From assembly GCA_037137755.1 (NCBI GenBank), contig JBAXJR010000047.1:1-16787 (forward strand): a stretch of DNA of 16,787 nucleotides, in the 5' to 3' direction. Numbering within the stretch: the first letter of the stretch is position 1; the number at the start of each line of letters is the position of its first letter. Source of the DNA: Methanomicrobiales archaeon. GTDB taxonomy: Archaea; Halobacteriota; Methanomicrobia; Methanomicrobiales; Methanospirillaceae. Positions 16,054-16,787 of this stretch are shown one piece after another. The notes beneath the pieces are model-generated. The model did not search any database. It saw only the letters and a program-made list of their open reading frames with translations, and had not been told where the DNA came from. The position numbers were made by a program, and so were the translations under genes.

Positions 16054-16785
16054 CTATTTCCCCCCAGTACGCCACATCCCTTTCGGAACCCTCATCTCAA
16101 ACCGTGCCCCTTTCCCCGGCTCACCGTTCTCCCGGATTGTAATGCCGGTAATGGCAAGGATCTCGCGGGAAAGGGCTAATCCAAGACCGGTGTTCTTCCC
16201 AAAACCCCGCTCGAAGATTCGTTCCTTCTCTTCAGCAGGTATTCCTTCACCATAGTCCTCACAGACAATTAGATAATCACCACCGTATTCCTGTATGGCA
16301 AACCGGACTCTTGTGATCGTCCCGCCGTAACGCACCGCGTTATCCAACAGGTTGTAAAAGACCTTTGCCAGGAGTTGGTCAGCGAATACTTCAACACCAC
16401 CAGGGAGATCATTAATCAGGACGGTCTGGCCCAATGCAACATCATGTTCCGCCGCATCCACCAGGTCCTTGATAGCCTGCCAGGCAGGGGCCTGGACGCC
16501 AATCTCCTCGTATTCTTTTGTGAAACGGATCATGGACGAGATCCGGTTCGCCGCAGTTAACACCTTCTGAAGATATTCATTTTGGGCTAGTTCCTGTTGC
16601 TTCTTAAATGAAACCCGGAGGTTTCCCAACAGTACTGAAAGCTGGTTATTTATGTCATGTCGGGTAATGCCGGAAAGCAGTTTGAGTTTTCGGTTTGCCT
16701 GCTGCAGTGCTTCTTCAGCTCGTTTACTCTCGGTGATATCCCTTGCAGCCGCAAAAACCCCTTTAATCTCTCCCTCGTTATCATA
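16054..16785 (-). CDS. PAS-domain sensor histidine kinase, C-terminal part (5' end beyond the window)
   Basis: The frame is open to the window edge: YDNEGEIKGVFAAARDITESKRAEEAL...LSGITRHDINNQL, then HATPase boxes NLLDNA, EDYGEG, GKNTGLGL. Confidence 0.92.
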   Translation of the reverse strand, partial: YDNEGEIKGVFAAARDITESKRAEEALQQANRKLKLLSGITRHDINNQLSVLLGNLRVSFKKQQELAQNEYLQKVLTAANRISSMIRFTKEYEEIGVQAPAWQAIKDLVDAAEHDVALGQTVLINDLPGGVEVFADQLLAKVFYNLLDNAVRYGGTITRVRFAIQEYGGDYLIVCEDYGEGIPAEEKERIFERGFGKNTGLGLALSREILAITGITIRENGEPGKGARFEMRVPKGMWRTGGK

Positions 16786-16787
16786 AT

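Overview
Archaeal DNA whose gene content and style fit a Methanomicrobiales methanogen (Methanoregula-like; inferred from DUF2769, REC-multiPAS kinases and a typical small wHTH protein). The left ~6.3 kb is the right end of an integrated element (provirus or integrative plasmid). It ends in a 53-bp 3' half of tRNA-Leu(TAA) (att site, 6277-6329) next to a tyrosine integrase with a C-terminal Zn ribbon. Inside it are a divergent RHH/wHTH switch and an AT-rich cargo block. The cargo holds a translationally coupled three-gene operon: a PD-(D/E)xK-wHTH-AbiEi-like protein, an AbiEii-like nucleotidyltransferase and an RxxxxH HEPN protein. A dense array of TATCA-N-TGATA operator-like repeats precedes the operon, and a two-TM protein with a clan-CD (caspase-like) His/Cys signature converges on it. 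This block is the best candidate for an undescribed defence or toxin-antitoxin system. Right of the att site is host accessory DNA with three damaged genes (truncated Lon-like protease, APC permease with an in-frame TGA, frameshifted small membrane protein), a wHTH regulator, a LUD-domain protein, a small redox cluster (cupredoxin, rubredoxin-flavodoxin fusion, DUF2769) and two tandem PAS histidine kinases. All family calls come from motif recognition by eye; no database searches were run.
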